A stretch of DNA of 60,111 bases, the filler included, from Catajapyx aquilonaris (lineage: Eukaryota): assembly GCA_000934665.2 (NCBI GenBank). It is 2 parts of 2 records of this genome, joined end to end, with 100 filler letters (N's around TTAATTAATTAA, not from the genome) between each part and the next. Parts side by side here need not be neighbours in the genome. Positions count along the whole stretch, not along the records: positions 30,112 to 60,111 come from JYFJ02004701.1; 1 more part is not named here. One strand, written 5' to 3'. The notes under the pieces were generated by a model that made no database searches, was not told the origin of the DNA, and saw only the letters and a list, made by a program, of their open reading frames with translations. Positions 35,446 through 48,836 of this stretch are shown here, one piece after another. The position numbers were made by a program, and so were the translations under genes. Position 1 is the stretch's first letter; each line of letters starts with the position of its first letter.

Positions 35446-36563
35446 CTGATGACCGATCGAATAATTGTGCAAAAGTAATATAGATTAATACGTAATATCC
35501 GTATTAATAATCTTTGTGACAAAAAATTACTATAATTATATACTGCGGACTTTTCAGACCATGGAACAGCCCACTTAACATAGGTCAGCTTATTGTTGTA
35601 AATAACCAGCAGGAACCCCAGGATTCCGCGAAGGTGGTTTCGTAACGGCGGATTTACATCTTGGCCCGCAATTTCCAGGATGAATTGAAAATGGCCGAGG
35701 GCGACGTCATTTTGGCGATGGGAACTGCTGGTTTTTGGCGCCATAATCTGCACAAACCATTTCCTGACTTTCGACTCCGCGTCTCATCATCATCATCATT
35801 ATAGTTATTGCGGGATAATCTCTCAATAAATCACTCCAGTTCGAATTCTCCTGGATTTGCTGCAGAGTCAGGCCAGAGGAACAACAGTGAGGAGCTTAGA
35901 ACAAAAGTGGCCCTAGACAAATATACGTACTGAAGAAATAAAGCTACAAAGATTGACCTGAAATGCTCCATGGCGATGGCGTAGGCAATTATCCTTAGAG
36001 GAAAATAAGATTATGCCAACTATAAGCTATTGGACAAATATTTCCAACCTGTAGGACTTGCACTAATTTTGCACCAATAACTTGGAGTAGCCTTCTGAGC
36101 GTGATGGCGGTCGTATCTCGAAAGTGGCAAAAATGGACCGCTTTTGTTCTAAAAGCCTATTAATTTAGGTCTCCCAAAGAATGCAGAGCGGTAACAGATG
36201 ATCACAATATTGAACTTGTAAACCATTGTTGAAAGATTATTCTGAAGCACATCGGCATCCTGAAAGGACCTCTTCGTGAAATTTTTAAAAAAGGCAAATA
36301 GTCCTCGGCGATACGGTAATTTCTGATTCTTCTGTCATTTTTTTTTTGAGTTGAATATAATATTCTCGTTATTTGTAAGTTCGGGCTTTAACGTTGGGAT
36401 TTGTGATTAACCATAAGGTTGTATTAATTTTCTTCAACAGTTCAACGTTCAAGACAATCATGGATGAGGGTAACAGAGATTTGGGCGATTGATGGGTTTT
36501 GGGACCCTAATCTGCATAATATATTTTCTGACTTTCGGCCACTGCTGACCTACGTCATCATCA

Positions 36564-36723
<160 letters not shown>

Positions 36724-39621
36724 CTGAGCGACGCCCACGGAAAGAGACAAAATCCAATGACAAACAGCACCTTTCCAAGCAAACCCGCAACCAGCAGGTG
36801 CAAAGCACTGAGATGAAAGGTGCACCAAGATGGAAGATTATGCGACTAGCTGTTTACTTTGCTATTATTAAGGCAAACTGATGCCAACAGGCCATCTATA
36901 CAGGCTAATAGGTATTATATTTACTCTGGCCGGCACTTGGCTTTCTCATAAGTGATTGTAAACAGAAACTCTATACAGCTAACTAGTCAGTACATACGAC
37001 GAGGGATTATAACCATAATAACAAAAGGATAATGGGCAGGATCCAACAGGTAAGGATAGAAACAGTTCACGTTTGTGTGCTGCACGTAGCCTGAATTACC
37101 CTCTTTTGAACCTTTTTAACAAACCGTTACGAGTGTACATAATTATTATTCCATTTGCTTGAATGTGGGTCTTTAAACTTCAGCATAATGGGAAGTTAAA
37201 ACGTTGGAGACGGACATCACCTACTATATTATTACACTGTCACTGGGTCTATAATCGCCATCAAATAGCTCATTCAGTTATCAAGAATTACCTGCGCCAC
37301 GAGTGAGCACAAACGACGGGTGTCCCAGGAATGTGGATGAATCTCACAGTCCAAATAAGGCATCATTCAGGAGGTCATGTGCACATAATTATATAAATTC
37401 ATAAGCTCTCTCCTGACTGACCGGCTGATAATTATTATTATTGTCCCATCAGTCGCGTTCCAAACATTCTCGTCGCCATGATTACTCCAAAAACATGATA
37501 GAAACTGCAAAAAGCAGCCAGCAGCACAACAAGCTGACCACTTTTTATATCCTTTTCAAACACCTTGAAAGGCGGACTTGAAAGGCAGACATAAGTTTGG
37601 CAACAGCAGGAGCGCACTATAATAAAATATTATTGCAAGTCTATTCCCCACAACTGAGAAACCGAATCCCTCGCGGAACTGGTCCAGTGATATAGGCACA
37701 GTCACGTGTCTTATATAATTTTTCTATATATTTTTTCTAAGATCCCACATGGTACATGATTCCGTATGGGACAATAGAACACCATGCGTAGACGTCATCG
37801 TCAGGATGGCGATGGAAGTAGAACAGATGTAAAACTCATTGTTTCACATCAAGGCATAAGCACTTTCAACAACACCGAAAAGAGACTTTGCCAAAAAAAA
37901 AATTATTTAGCTGTAGCATATTATTAATTTGTTAGCACCAGTAACCTTAATTCTCTCGGCGGTCGTTGGTGCAGTGTACCCACAGACCTATGAATACATT
38001 GTTATTATGTTACAAATAGCCTTACTCGATATGAGGCATGCCTGTATGTGTCACGCTTATCCTACAGGATCACATTACGACCAGTCATATAGCCTACCGG
38101 TACTATAGAAAACCACGGGAACATCTATCGCGGTCAATATAGTTAACATGTCCGCATGTTGTATACATTGCCAATGACACTCTCCTTCGACTATAGACGG
38201 TGAACTCTACACACTGCAAACATTCTTCACAGAAAGACAGCGCAAAAATGGATGAAAACACTCGGTTATTAACCTTTCCATTCCGACTATACATTTTCGA
38301 GCATCGCTCCAACAAACTCCTAAGTCACACAAACGGAAGATCTGAACCAATTATGAGACGATCCGAATCACAACAAGTCACTTCCCGCAGGGAAATAATC
38401 CTGCTGCTCTCCTTTGAACCAGACACCAAAGGGTGTGCCAAAATCACAACTCTTCAAAGCTACAATGTATTTCGACCGCAGAGCAGCATCGCATCTGACC
38501 ACAGTTCATAATAATCCATGCTGGCTCTCCTTTGAACAAGAATGCAAATGTCCAAAGTGATGCACGAGAGAAGGGTATATAAGTGGCAGTCACACTTGCT
38601 TGTGCCGAAATTCTTTTGTGGTTCATCTTCCATCAACATCTGCGATTGGCGGTAAATAATTCTGCGTTCACAGCCTCTTTGTGCTGTTTATGCGTAAGGT
38701 AAACGATCAGGTAAATAAGGCGGATAATGAGAGGTGAAGGCATCTCACCACCATCCGGAAGGACTTTCTCACGGAAAAAAGAAGCAGTCCTTTGTGACAT
38801 GTTCATTTCTGATTTTTTTTTTGTTAAACGAAATATTTTTGTTGTTTTGTAACACTTCTGGGCGTATAACGAGCCATTTATTTATTAAGAGCTACAACAT
38901 TATTATTTTGAATCACACTGGCGTACACTCGAAGTTGAAGTCTCGCCACGGAGTAAGTCTTTGACCCAACTTGCTAAGAATATTATATTTCGAGGTCAAT
39001 ACTCCGTCTCCATCTAGCCAAAAATACCCGACCTGATTCAGGAACACAATAACCAACTATATTTTCTGGTCGTGACCTTCTGACTATATGAATCCATTTC
39101 AACCATGAGCAGGTGCTCTGTTGGAAACAAAGAAGCCTTCTATCGATTTCACTTTCGGTCGACATCATTTTGTATAGATACGTACCTCTATTAATTACCT
39201 CCGTCTCCAAGTTGACCAAGCGGTCGATATAAGCTCCCCACAAAAGTCTCCCTCACAAAATTATAGTCACCTTATTACAATATTTTTAACACATGAGAAT
39301 AAATTCTCGAGTGGATTGACAGTTGAACATAAAATAGTATTGCTGGACCTAACCAGCAGGGTGGTGCCACAGTATACTAAATCAGTCTGGTTTTCAAATT
39401 CTCTCTCTCTGTGACGTGCTATTGACTGAATGAGAGTTTTTACTTTGTTGGCAAACGCTTTGCAGAATTTTCATTATGATCAACGAGCATTTTATAATGC
39501 TCCACCACACCTCTATATACTGTATAGTAGTCATGATTATAATACCAGATCACGACGAGGAGTACCGGGTAACAGCGCTAATACACTGTTAACACGGTCC
39601 AAAATAGGCAGATATACTGTA

Positions 39622-39626
39622 TAATA

Positions 39627-39707
<81 letters not shown>

Positions 39708-40034
39708 TGATTGGGTATTCGGCTAGCCCCAGAGGGGCCTTCTGCCAGACCTTTATTTCGATGGTACAATTTTTGGGAATCCTATTTTTGAAGCGCCCGG
39801 GCCCACGGGCAGGATGACAGGAGGGGATGTGCAAAGTGCAGTGAATCTGACGCTGTGGCCATTTTTAGTGAACTCCCCCGGGTGGTCTAGTCTGTAGGAT
39901 ATACCACCCGAGACGAAGCCAGAGGTGACCCTGAACTCTGCACGAGATGAAGGGGGTGTCCCCGGGCTGGGATCGAACCCGGGACCTTAACATCCGTGGG
40001 CGCGCACGTTACCGCGGCGCCACTCCGTCTCCCC
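39622..40034 (-). mobile_element. Full-length tRNA-derived SINE with (TTA)n tail
   Basis: Minus-strand head GGGGAGACGGAGTGGCGCCGCGGTAACG...GGTTCGATCCC, tail 39622-39707. Degenerate TSD TA(G/A)GCAGATATA at 39605 and 40035. Confidence 0.8.
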
Positions 40035-43000
40035 TAAGCAGATATATATATATAATCTACGCTTATAAGATGAAATAAGCAGCTAATCATAGATGCGCAA
40101 TAATTAATTCCAGTGCAATGCCAGACCAGCAACCAGCCTCAATCACATCCAAAATGATTTCCGAAGGACGATGTTTTCCTGGTGATGCCTCAAATACACA
40201 TCCATCACACCTCATTACTGACAATAACTGGTGTATTTACTCCGCCAATTCTTTCAGGTTCTCTTGACACAATCATGATGGTCTATACATCAAGCAGAAA
40301 TACCCAGCCTGAGAATGAGCTGCACGGTATAATAATTATTAATGTCAGTCACTATATAGCGAGCACTTTTCTATCACACTGTTGGAATCAAGATAATTAT
40401 GTGCACTCGCACTGTTATGATTGTATATTAAGACAGAGAAGAGTGTGCCTAGGGTTTGATCTCTGGCAAAGAATAAAATAATTCTCTCCTGGAAGGTGCA
40501 ATAACTAGCGGGTCATTCATCCACCACTGGATCCCTACAGGCCGAAATTTATACCTCAAAAATGTGAGAGTGAGAAATATCCTGGTTCGAATGCCTTATA
40601 TGTATACCAAGGCGTTATGCTGCGGTGCTATGTATAGGAAGAGTGAGCCGGATTCTGCTGATTCTCGCTCGGGAAGCAACTAACGACAGGCAGTATAAAT
40701 CGGAAACAGAAGGTTGAATGAACATGTGGACTACCATCACGAAGAATATTTTGTGCGAATGATCCGACTGGGCTATATGCATTCTCCATCATTCCAGGAT
40801 CGAACGTTCGTTGCCTCAGATGATATTTTTCTGATTTCCCTCCAGCCACGACGAAGTGTGGCAGATCCACGGGTCAACTATATAGATCAGGCTGTTGGGC
40901 TCTTCTAGTGTGCTCAACGGAAAAACACACATTTTTACACGTCCAAACCACTACGTCCAAAGGATAAGGTGTACTCTAACCCCATTGACAGTGAACAACA
41001 TTATTTTGCGTCAGGTGATTGTTCAGGAATTCAACGCAATGTCCCGGTTGACATGTGCAGGAAGGCGTATGAAAAATAATAACGTTGCTTCGAGTCTGCA
41101 AGCCTGTGTTGACTCAGAGGGTGCCCAGGTCGACCACTACCTTGAAAATCGATGACTTTTAGTGTGGGTTATTCGCTTTTTGTAAACCCTTTTCAATATT
41201 ATTAACATTCATCAATAAAAATAACATGATGTAATCAAAAACTGCCTAATTGAGTCTGGCCACGTTTTCTCTCCTGCGCATGCGCATAGCATTGAGCTCC
41301 TTCGTGGCATATCTATAGACAACAAAGGGCACTTCGCCCTGTACCTTTGGATGAATTGGTTATTGATTGATTAATGATCAAAAATTGCCTAATTGAGTCT
41401 GGCCCACCCTGTATACTCTCGTGGCTTATGATTACATCATACAGCATACATCATACAGCATACATCATACAGCATACATCAGGCCTTATTAGCATACAGG
41501 GAGTGACATTGGTATTGTTCCTTACTGTACTCACAATAATCAAGGACAAGGGGCAGGACCCAATCGGCAAGAATCGCCACAGCATGTTTGTGCATACTGT
41601 GTTATTGAGATAACAGTTACGAGTTACGTGACATTTTACTCCGTTTATCGGCAGCTATGATAGCTCTTAACGGCCAGGTAAGATGTTGGAGACGGACATC
41701 CACGTGGATAATAATATTCTACTGTTTCTATATGTTTATATAGTCGCCATAAAATAGCTCCGCATTTGTCAATAATATACTTTACTGCGCCACGAGCGAG
41801 GTGCACAAACAACTACAGATGTCCCAAGTCCGACAACTGCTTCACGCACTTCGTCTTTTTTCCGCTTTTTCCTGAGAATAAAACGGGAATGCGCGACGCG
41901 ACGGACGCCTCTCTGGTGGCTATATAGAGTGGGGACATGCTGTGGTCGAACTCGGGAATGTTGCACTCAGAAGTGATATAGTAGGACACCGCAATAATGT
42001 ATTTCAATGTCATTGGGTATTAATAATAATAAATTGCACATTTGCGTATGTATAGCTGAGCCTTGGCAACATATTATGGAGGCAAAAAGTTTCAAGATTG
42101 TACCAGTGAAAGTTAAGTAATCAGCAGTTTTTGCTCATTTTACGACCAGTTTTTTTTGGACTTTGATATGAGACCTCATCACTTGTTAATCATCCCAAAA
42201 AACTGACTTTCGTAGGCTCGCAAATGAGCATGCCATGTACTTGCTTTAGATGCCTTGTCCAGGAGAACATTACTAGTTCTTCGGCTTATTATAGCATCCC
42301 TTGCAGTTATTTTGTGCACCCGTCCAATATACAGTACACAGTAATTGACCACAGTGTCCGAAAATCCACTCCTATAGACCACATGTGCATCTGTCGCGTT
42401 TATGTAAATGTCCTTTCCATAACTTCGGTCAGAAAGGGGGGGGGGGATTGCATTTTAGTTCGCTTATACGCAGTTGAGTAACCAACAATATTCATGGTAA
42501 CAATAAGACCGCGCAATAACTGACGGTGGCATGCTTCACTCACCCGACCTTCATAATAATTATATTGTAACGGTACAGATGACAACAGCCTGAGGGTAAG
42601 TCATGGCCAGGCGAGACGAGAACGTCCTCGCAATTTCTATACAGACTCAACTTTCAGCAGCTTATTGTTGGGAGGCGGCCGGTGGCCTAACTCAACACAG
42701 ACCCTGGCCGAGGATATGCTGGTTTTTACTAAAAAATGTCACTGGGTAATAGGGTACCCGCAAATTTTTCCAGGTGATGTAGAACGTCGTCCGAAGTATA
42801 GAACACCAGACAGTACACTGGTTGGCATGCGGTCGCGACGTCAACAAACACAGTCATAATATTATGCAAAAAAAAGTGGAAGTGCTGCTGCACTTGCTTT
42901 TATTGGCACCCAAAATAGAAATACACAACGCTGCACAATGGCGACAAAATCATGAGAAGCAGCATAAAGACCTCTAACATAAATGACACAAATATTAACA

Positions 43001-46000
43001 TTATGCCTTGGATACTATAATTAAATTATTAAATTACTAGAATTAATTTATTGCACCATAATGCAGGTCTCTCTTGTCCGAAGAGCAGTAACCCCACAAT
43101 AGCTTTTGATATTGACTCTAGAATAACCAACCGTTCACTATACCATGAGTATGTGGTGTATGAGTATATGGTGTATGAGGTCCCGGCTGGTTCGCCAGCG
43201 ACGGTACTCTCTTCCTCGAGCGGTCCTCGGACCTGACTCGCATTTCTTGGTCGGACGGGGTGCTTGGGAGAATATCCCACCCCCGTCCCTGGGTTGGACC
43301 CGGCATTGCAGTACAGCCGGGGCCAGCCCTCCTCTCCCCCACCCTTCTCACCCACCCCTACCTTGCAATCCCACACCTTCCTCTCCTACCCCCGGCTGCC
43401 AAGGCTCGACTCAGACAGAGCCATACAAGCTGGGTAACCCTTCCTGCCAACCAATCAACAACACTATACCACATGATAGGCGAATCATATATTAATAAAT
43501 CATGCGCTGGGCTGGGGTGAAATATGCACCAGGGAGGAGAAAGAAGTGACATCGACTTGTGCCAGTATAGTGATCCTGTGCTCACGACTGGTCGGAGGAT
43601 ATGCCTGTTGATCATGATTACAACTCCACACGCAGGCCCCGTGTGTACAGTATACAGCAGGCCTACATTTAAGACTGATATTTCCCTAACCTATATAGTG
43701 CAAAATGCCCTATGGAAACCGATGACTGTATGTGTGCATGAGACAACTCAGGTTCAAAAGGTTCCTGGATTCAGCGAGTATAATAATGTCTCTTTGACAG
43801 GTATTCTGAGCACAAAATTGCTCTTGAAATGCACAAGAAATTGATATACCGCCGCTGACTTTGCAGAAATGATGGACTCGAGAGGCAAGGTTGAATATTT
43901 TAACCAAGGTGATCCACGTAGAGGACAGTACACACTGATTCATCATCGTGTCTATGGTGGAGAAGGCAGAAGGGGGGGGGGGGGAATAAACTAGCTACAC
44001 TGCCGAAGACGATATCTCTGTATGTTATTGCCAACTAACACGTAGGGCTGCATTCCATGATGCATGAGTGCATAAGTTTGTCAGTGCCACCCTCGCCTCC
44101 TCATTTCTTAATACCGTATAATTATCATTAGCCACAGCCTGATGGATAGGATTGCACACACAAGTAACAATAAATTAGACCCTTCTCATTTTGTTGACAG
44201 GGAGGAAAATGCTCAGGTATAGCCAGGGGAATAAAGACATGCGGGGAATAATTTATATAAAAAAGTGCACCTCATTTGTACAGGACAGTGATGATGAAGG
44301 TCGTGACGCATCAGCAGGCAGATCAGATGCATTTAATAAGATGATGGCTCTCCTTGGGAGTGTCTTTCACACGGTCTAGGAATGTGTCTGTCTGTCACGT
44401 CCTACGCCCAGGAGGATCCCCATTGAAAACGAACAACTGAGATTCACAGCGACTGCCTGGATCTATGTAACACTGTCTGAAGGAAATAACAACCCAACAG
44501 CAGGAAGGACACCCCGGGCACAGATCGTATACGTGATAGCCTACAAGCCTGCCATAAATGTAAAACATTCTGTCAACAATCAGCAATAACTCCGTCTCTC
44601 TGGAGCAAACAATGGAGTTGCCGATTGTTTACTAAAAGAAAACAGTTGGCAAGGAATATTACGTGACAAAAATGTTGTCTCAAGTATGGAGAAACAACGA
44701 CGAAGAACGATCGGATCTTCCCACAACACAACCTGAAGCTGCTTAGGTCGAAATTCCATCCTGCAAAATTGTTTACATCGCAGCAGCACACAAGATGTGC
44801 GTGAAGGTGCAGCTTGGCTATCATAATCGACGGACTTAAATCCTGCTGAACACTGTAGTGGGCCAGAGTTGCTAGGCATACGTGCCTAATATGCACAGAA
44901 TGCAAGTATCCACTTATTAAACCATTTTCAAAATTAATGCTGTCTGCAATACGGAGGTATACTGTATAGCCTCTGTGAAAGGGGCGTTCTGTTCCAGTCC
45001 TCTTCCAAAGAGAGCGGAGTAACTTACGACAACTTGGTGGCCAAATATATACACCCACTCAATTTTACATGCCGACTAAATGTTGGATCAAAGCAAGGGC
45101 AAACTAGAAATAACACATGGGGGCAACGAAAGCCTCTAAACAGACTACTCCGCACTCAAGTAGCGCACTATACGCAACAAACAAGAGTGTGAGTATAGCT
45201 ACCACAAAGAGGCTGTGCACATGACACCTAGCTGATGAATAACCAGGATTGCGTTGAACGACTTGCAGCATAATTATGTCGCGCGCGTTGACAGGAGATG
45301 GATAGAAACCATAGAAACTATCACAGAATTTATTGGTATTGTAAAAAGACACCCGCAGCCGCTAACCGGAGTAGTACCCTGTACCGAACCACTCTAACCT
45401 TAGAATAATATAGTTGCATTTAATATTATATTAAATACACTGTACATATTTGATATCTATATGACCAGTAGTGTCTGGGCAGATTCGCACTCCATTCTCT
45501 GCCCAGGGCCACTATAGAAACTATTTACAGTGCTCTCCCATGCATACGGAGGTATCTGGCATGCCACCTCACTAGCGACGCACGTTGAGACGTCTCAGTA
45601 TAGGTGCCATCAGAAGACGACGAACACTCTCTCCCGACCGTGATCTCGACTGACAGATTGACTGATATCCCATCCAGATCCCATCAGCCTCGTTCCAAAC
45701 ACTCTCGTCGCCAGGGTTACTCCAACAACATCTGTTGGCATCGACAAAGAGGTATAGCCAACAGCAGCACAACAGCAGGACATGGACGGCATATTGTTAT
45801 AAACAGGTGCATCAGGTTTGGTTCCCTCTCTCCCTCTAAAACAACCACTATTGAGAAGATATAAACCCACCTATATCATTCTAATGGTCGGTCTGTATAA
45901 TATGGACTGGTTCCGAACAAAACTGAGTAACCATGCATATAATCATAAAAATAATGGTAGCTACCAGCTATGCTGAATCAAGACACACACCGGTCCGCAC

Positions 46001-46227
46001 GTGACCTTCTTACGATGGCAAACTACAATAGTCAAAGTATAGACGACCTGATTACCTGCTGTACTACAGGCTACACCATTAAAATTCTTCCTCGATCATC
46101 AGGTCCTTTCGATAACCGTGGCTGCACTGACACTTCACGTCATCCCCCGTCGAACTATATACCCCAACGTGCCAGTGATTCCTTCCTCCAAGGTTTATAC
46201 GCCTTTCTCAGTCACCCTGACGACATA

Positions 46228-46365
46228 GGGCCATTCACACACCACACACGCCACCAAAATCATGATCTTCTCACCGGGTTACCTTGGCTACCATTGTTAT
46301 TCATTGTTGTCAACAATGAATGACAAGGGGAAGATCGTGATTTTAGGGGCGTGTGTGAATGGCAC
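46228..46365. mobile_element. Degenerate Harbinger-like MITE
   Basis: GGGCCATTCACACAC..CGCCACCAAAATCATGATCTTC pairs with GAAGATCGTGATTTTAGGGGCGTGTGTGAATGGCAC. TSD not exact. Confidence 0.55.
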
Positions 46366-47462
46366 TAATGATATAGAATAATAATTCAGAGCAGGCGAGA
46401 ATAAAACCACGAGCGTTGGGCCCCTATAGGAAACCTGCAGCAAAACCAGAAAAAAAGAAGATATTTTGTGACTCATCCGGTGTTGGGCAGACAGTCTAAC
46501 TTGGGTTGCCCGCCATTATTGTTATGAATCGGACCATTTACTACGGTGTCACAGATCTCTGTCAAAAGTTGGTCATAATTATACTGCTCTCACAAAGTAG
46601 GAGATATGTTATAGACTGATGTAGATGTGGAAATGACACCGCCACACTACTGTATAGGTAACCCACAACGAACTGACGCAATGAACAGAGCTACTTGATA
46701 CTGTTCTAATAGCGCCCAAAATAATATGCACGATTGAATGCCTTTTCCTGTGAGAACACAGTACCTGGCTCAAAATTCTATCGCTGTGCAGGATATATCC
46801 CAATGATAATTGATACATTTAATAGTAATCAACCCTGCGACCTTGCTGTCATGTGCAAACTGCCATTGCACACAGAGCTGGCCCCGGCGGAGCACCTCAC
46901 ACAAAAACTCGGAATACGAATTCGAGTTATGACCAGCAACAACAAGACATGACCAGGCGCAATGCCCCGGCATAATTATTGCTCCGTCCTCAGTATACGT
47001 AAGGGCCCGAAATGTATTATGAACTATCAATTTATAACTGTGCTCTATTACGTCAAATACGAGAGTCGCTTCAAAAGCAATGTAAATATGGAAAACGCCA
47101 ACATGGCTGCCTCCATCGATATATTAACCTTCGTCTGGTTGTATAATGATGGAGAGGTATACAGTCCATATACACACGGCATTAAAACATATTTTTTAAA
47201 AAATCAGACGCTGCCTGAAAACAAACGCCTGGATCAATGGAACACCAACAATACCTTATTGATCTGTATCAAATACACTTACAGTACTCCATGAAATTAA
47301 ATATCTCGTATTACATCACATACCTATAGTCATGGTGTTATATGCTGCGTCAGGGATATTCCCATTAAATATTATTCATGCTGCATCCCCTGGATACGTC
47401 TAGCTATCATATTATACTTGTCTCATTTCTTGGAATAAGAATTATATTATTCATCCCCTCTC

Positions 47463-47740
47463 AAGGGAGTCGTGCAGAGTTCCGGGTCATCTCTGGCTTC
47501 GTCTCGGATGGTAGCTCCGTTAAGACAAACCACCCGGGGGAGTTCACAAAATGACCACAGCATCAGATCTGATCAGATGCACTGCACCTTGCACATCCCC
47601 TCCTGTCATCCTGCCCGTGGGTCAGGGCGTTTCGCAATGGTTGCGATATGTATACGCAATGTACGAATAATTAACAATAAAGGTCTGTGCGAGATACCGG
47701 CAAGGTGAAGCACTGCCCTCACAATTATATAATTATATAT
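47463..47740 (+). mobile_element. 5'-truncated SINE of the 39622-40034 family
   Basis: Body TCGTGCAGAGTTC...CACATCCCCTCCTGTCATCCTGCCCGTGGG matches the reverse complement of ~39800-39945. 18-bp TSD TATTATTCATCCCCTCTC (47445-47462, 47741-47758). Confidence 0.85.
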
Positions 47741-48534
47741 TATTATTCATCCCCTCTCCTGTCAAAAATTTCAACCATTCAACTGTACGTAACTATAAAG
47801 ACGTTTCCTCATTATTAAAATAACTGGAGGTGACTGCTGGCATAATCCCCGTGGAACCACCAGTTTCTACGTCAAAACCTTGGTCAAAACCACCAATAAT
47901 GTTGAGGCCCATTAACACAGCAGCCACTTCTTGTCCCCAAGTGAGTAGTTGTCCATAAAACATGACCTCCGGATGTTCGTCTGTGTGAAAATGGGAGGAG
48001 GCCTACTCACAGGGCAACGACTCAGTTGAGTTGGTCAACAATACAGAGCTGTTTTCTTTCTAGCACATAGATAGCCTGGAAAACACAATTTGAACATGAA
48101 CTCAACATAGAAATTCGCGTGGTTCCATTATAATTCCGCTGTAGACACGTATAGACATGACCTATTCCGACAAGCCTTTCGTTTTCTTCTCTTTTTATTC
48201 TGATGTTATTCTAAGGTTTAGCTCCTTCTGCTGCCTTCAATTCGCATATGATGTCATGAAAAAAGCCACAACCAGATCCTGTGAAGGCACAATCACACTT
48301 CGTTCACTCACTCTAAGTATATATAGTCCAGTTCATATAATTTAACGGTTATGAACCGACTGTAAGCTGCCCGTTGCTATTTTGCTGAGATTCCACTGCA
48401 CATTCAATATTAATGCATGTCATATTTTAGGAAGAACCATATGAGTTTCGAAAACAATAATCCGGGAATGAAAATAATTTGTCGTCGCGGAATCCATTTT
48501 CCTCTGCAAAATCTTGATGCAGTACCCGTGCAAT

Positions 48535-48836
48535 CAAGAGGATTTGGTTGGCCCTGCACTTTGAAGACTCTGGTGCAAGAGATGTGGGAGGCTTTCAACA
48601 TCTTCTGCCTGCATGTGATTTCTGTCCTGGCTGAGATGAATAGCTAACTGGAGTAGGGCAACTGTGTTGCTTGCAATATTGTATCTTATTTGTAATATTG
48701 TATCTTGTTTGTATTGTTCTATCTTGTTTGTAATAATATTGGTATTGTATCTATTGTATCTTGGTTAATAAATCGGGTACGAGAGGCTGTAGAGCCGCAT
48801 TGGCTGGTCAGCCCTTAACACCCCTTTACAGTTAAG
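48535..48836 (+). mobile_element. 5'-truncated non-LTR retrotransposon 3' end (R1/I-group-like)
   Basis: 13-bp direct repeat GTACCCGTGCAAT (48522-48534, 48837-48849). Open frame ...RGFGWPCTLKTLVQEMWEAFNIFCLHVISVLAEMNS* followed by a T-rich UTR with AATAAA. Confidence 0.55.

Noticed and set aside
41233..41413. Duplicated ATCAAAAA.TGCCTAATTGAGTCTGGCC ending in CACCCTG-TA (Tc1-like end)
   Set aside because: No convincing partner TIR was found, so no element is called.
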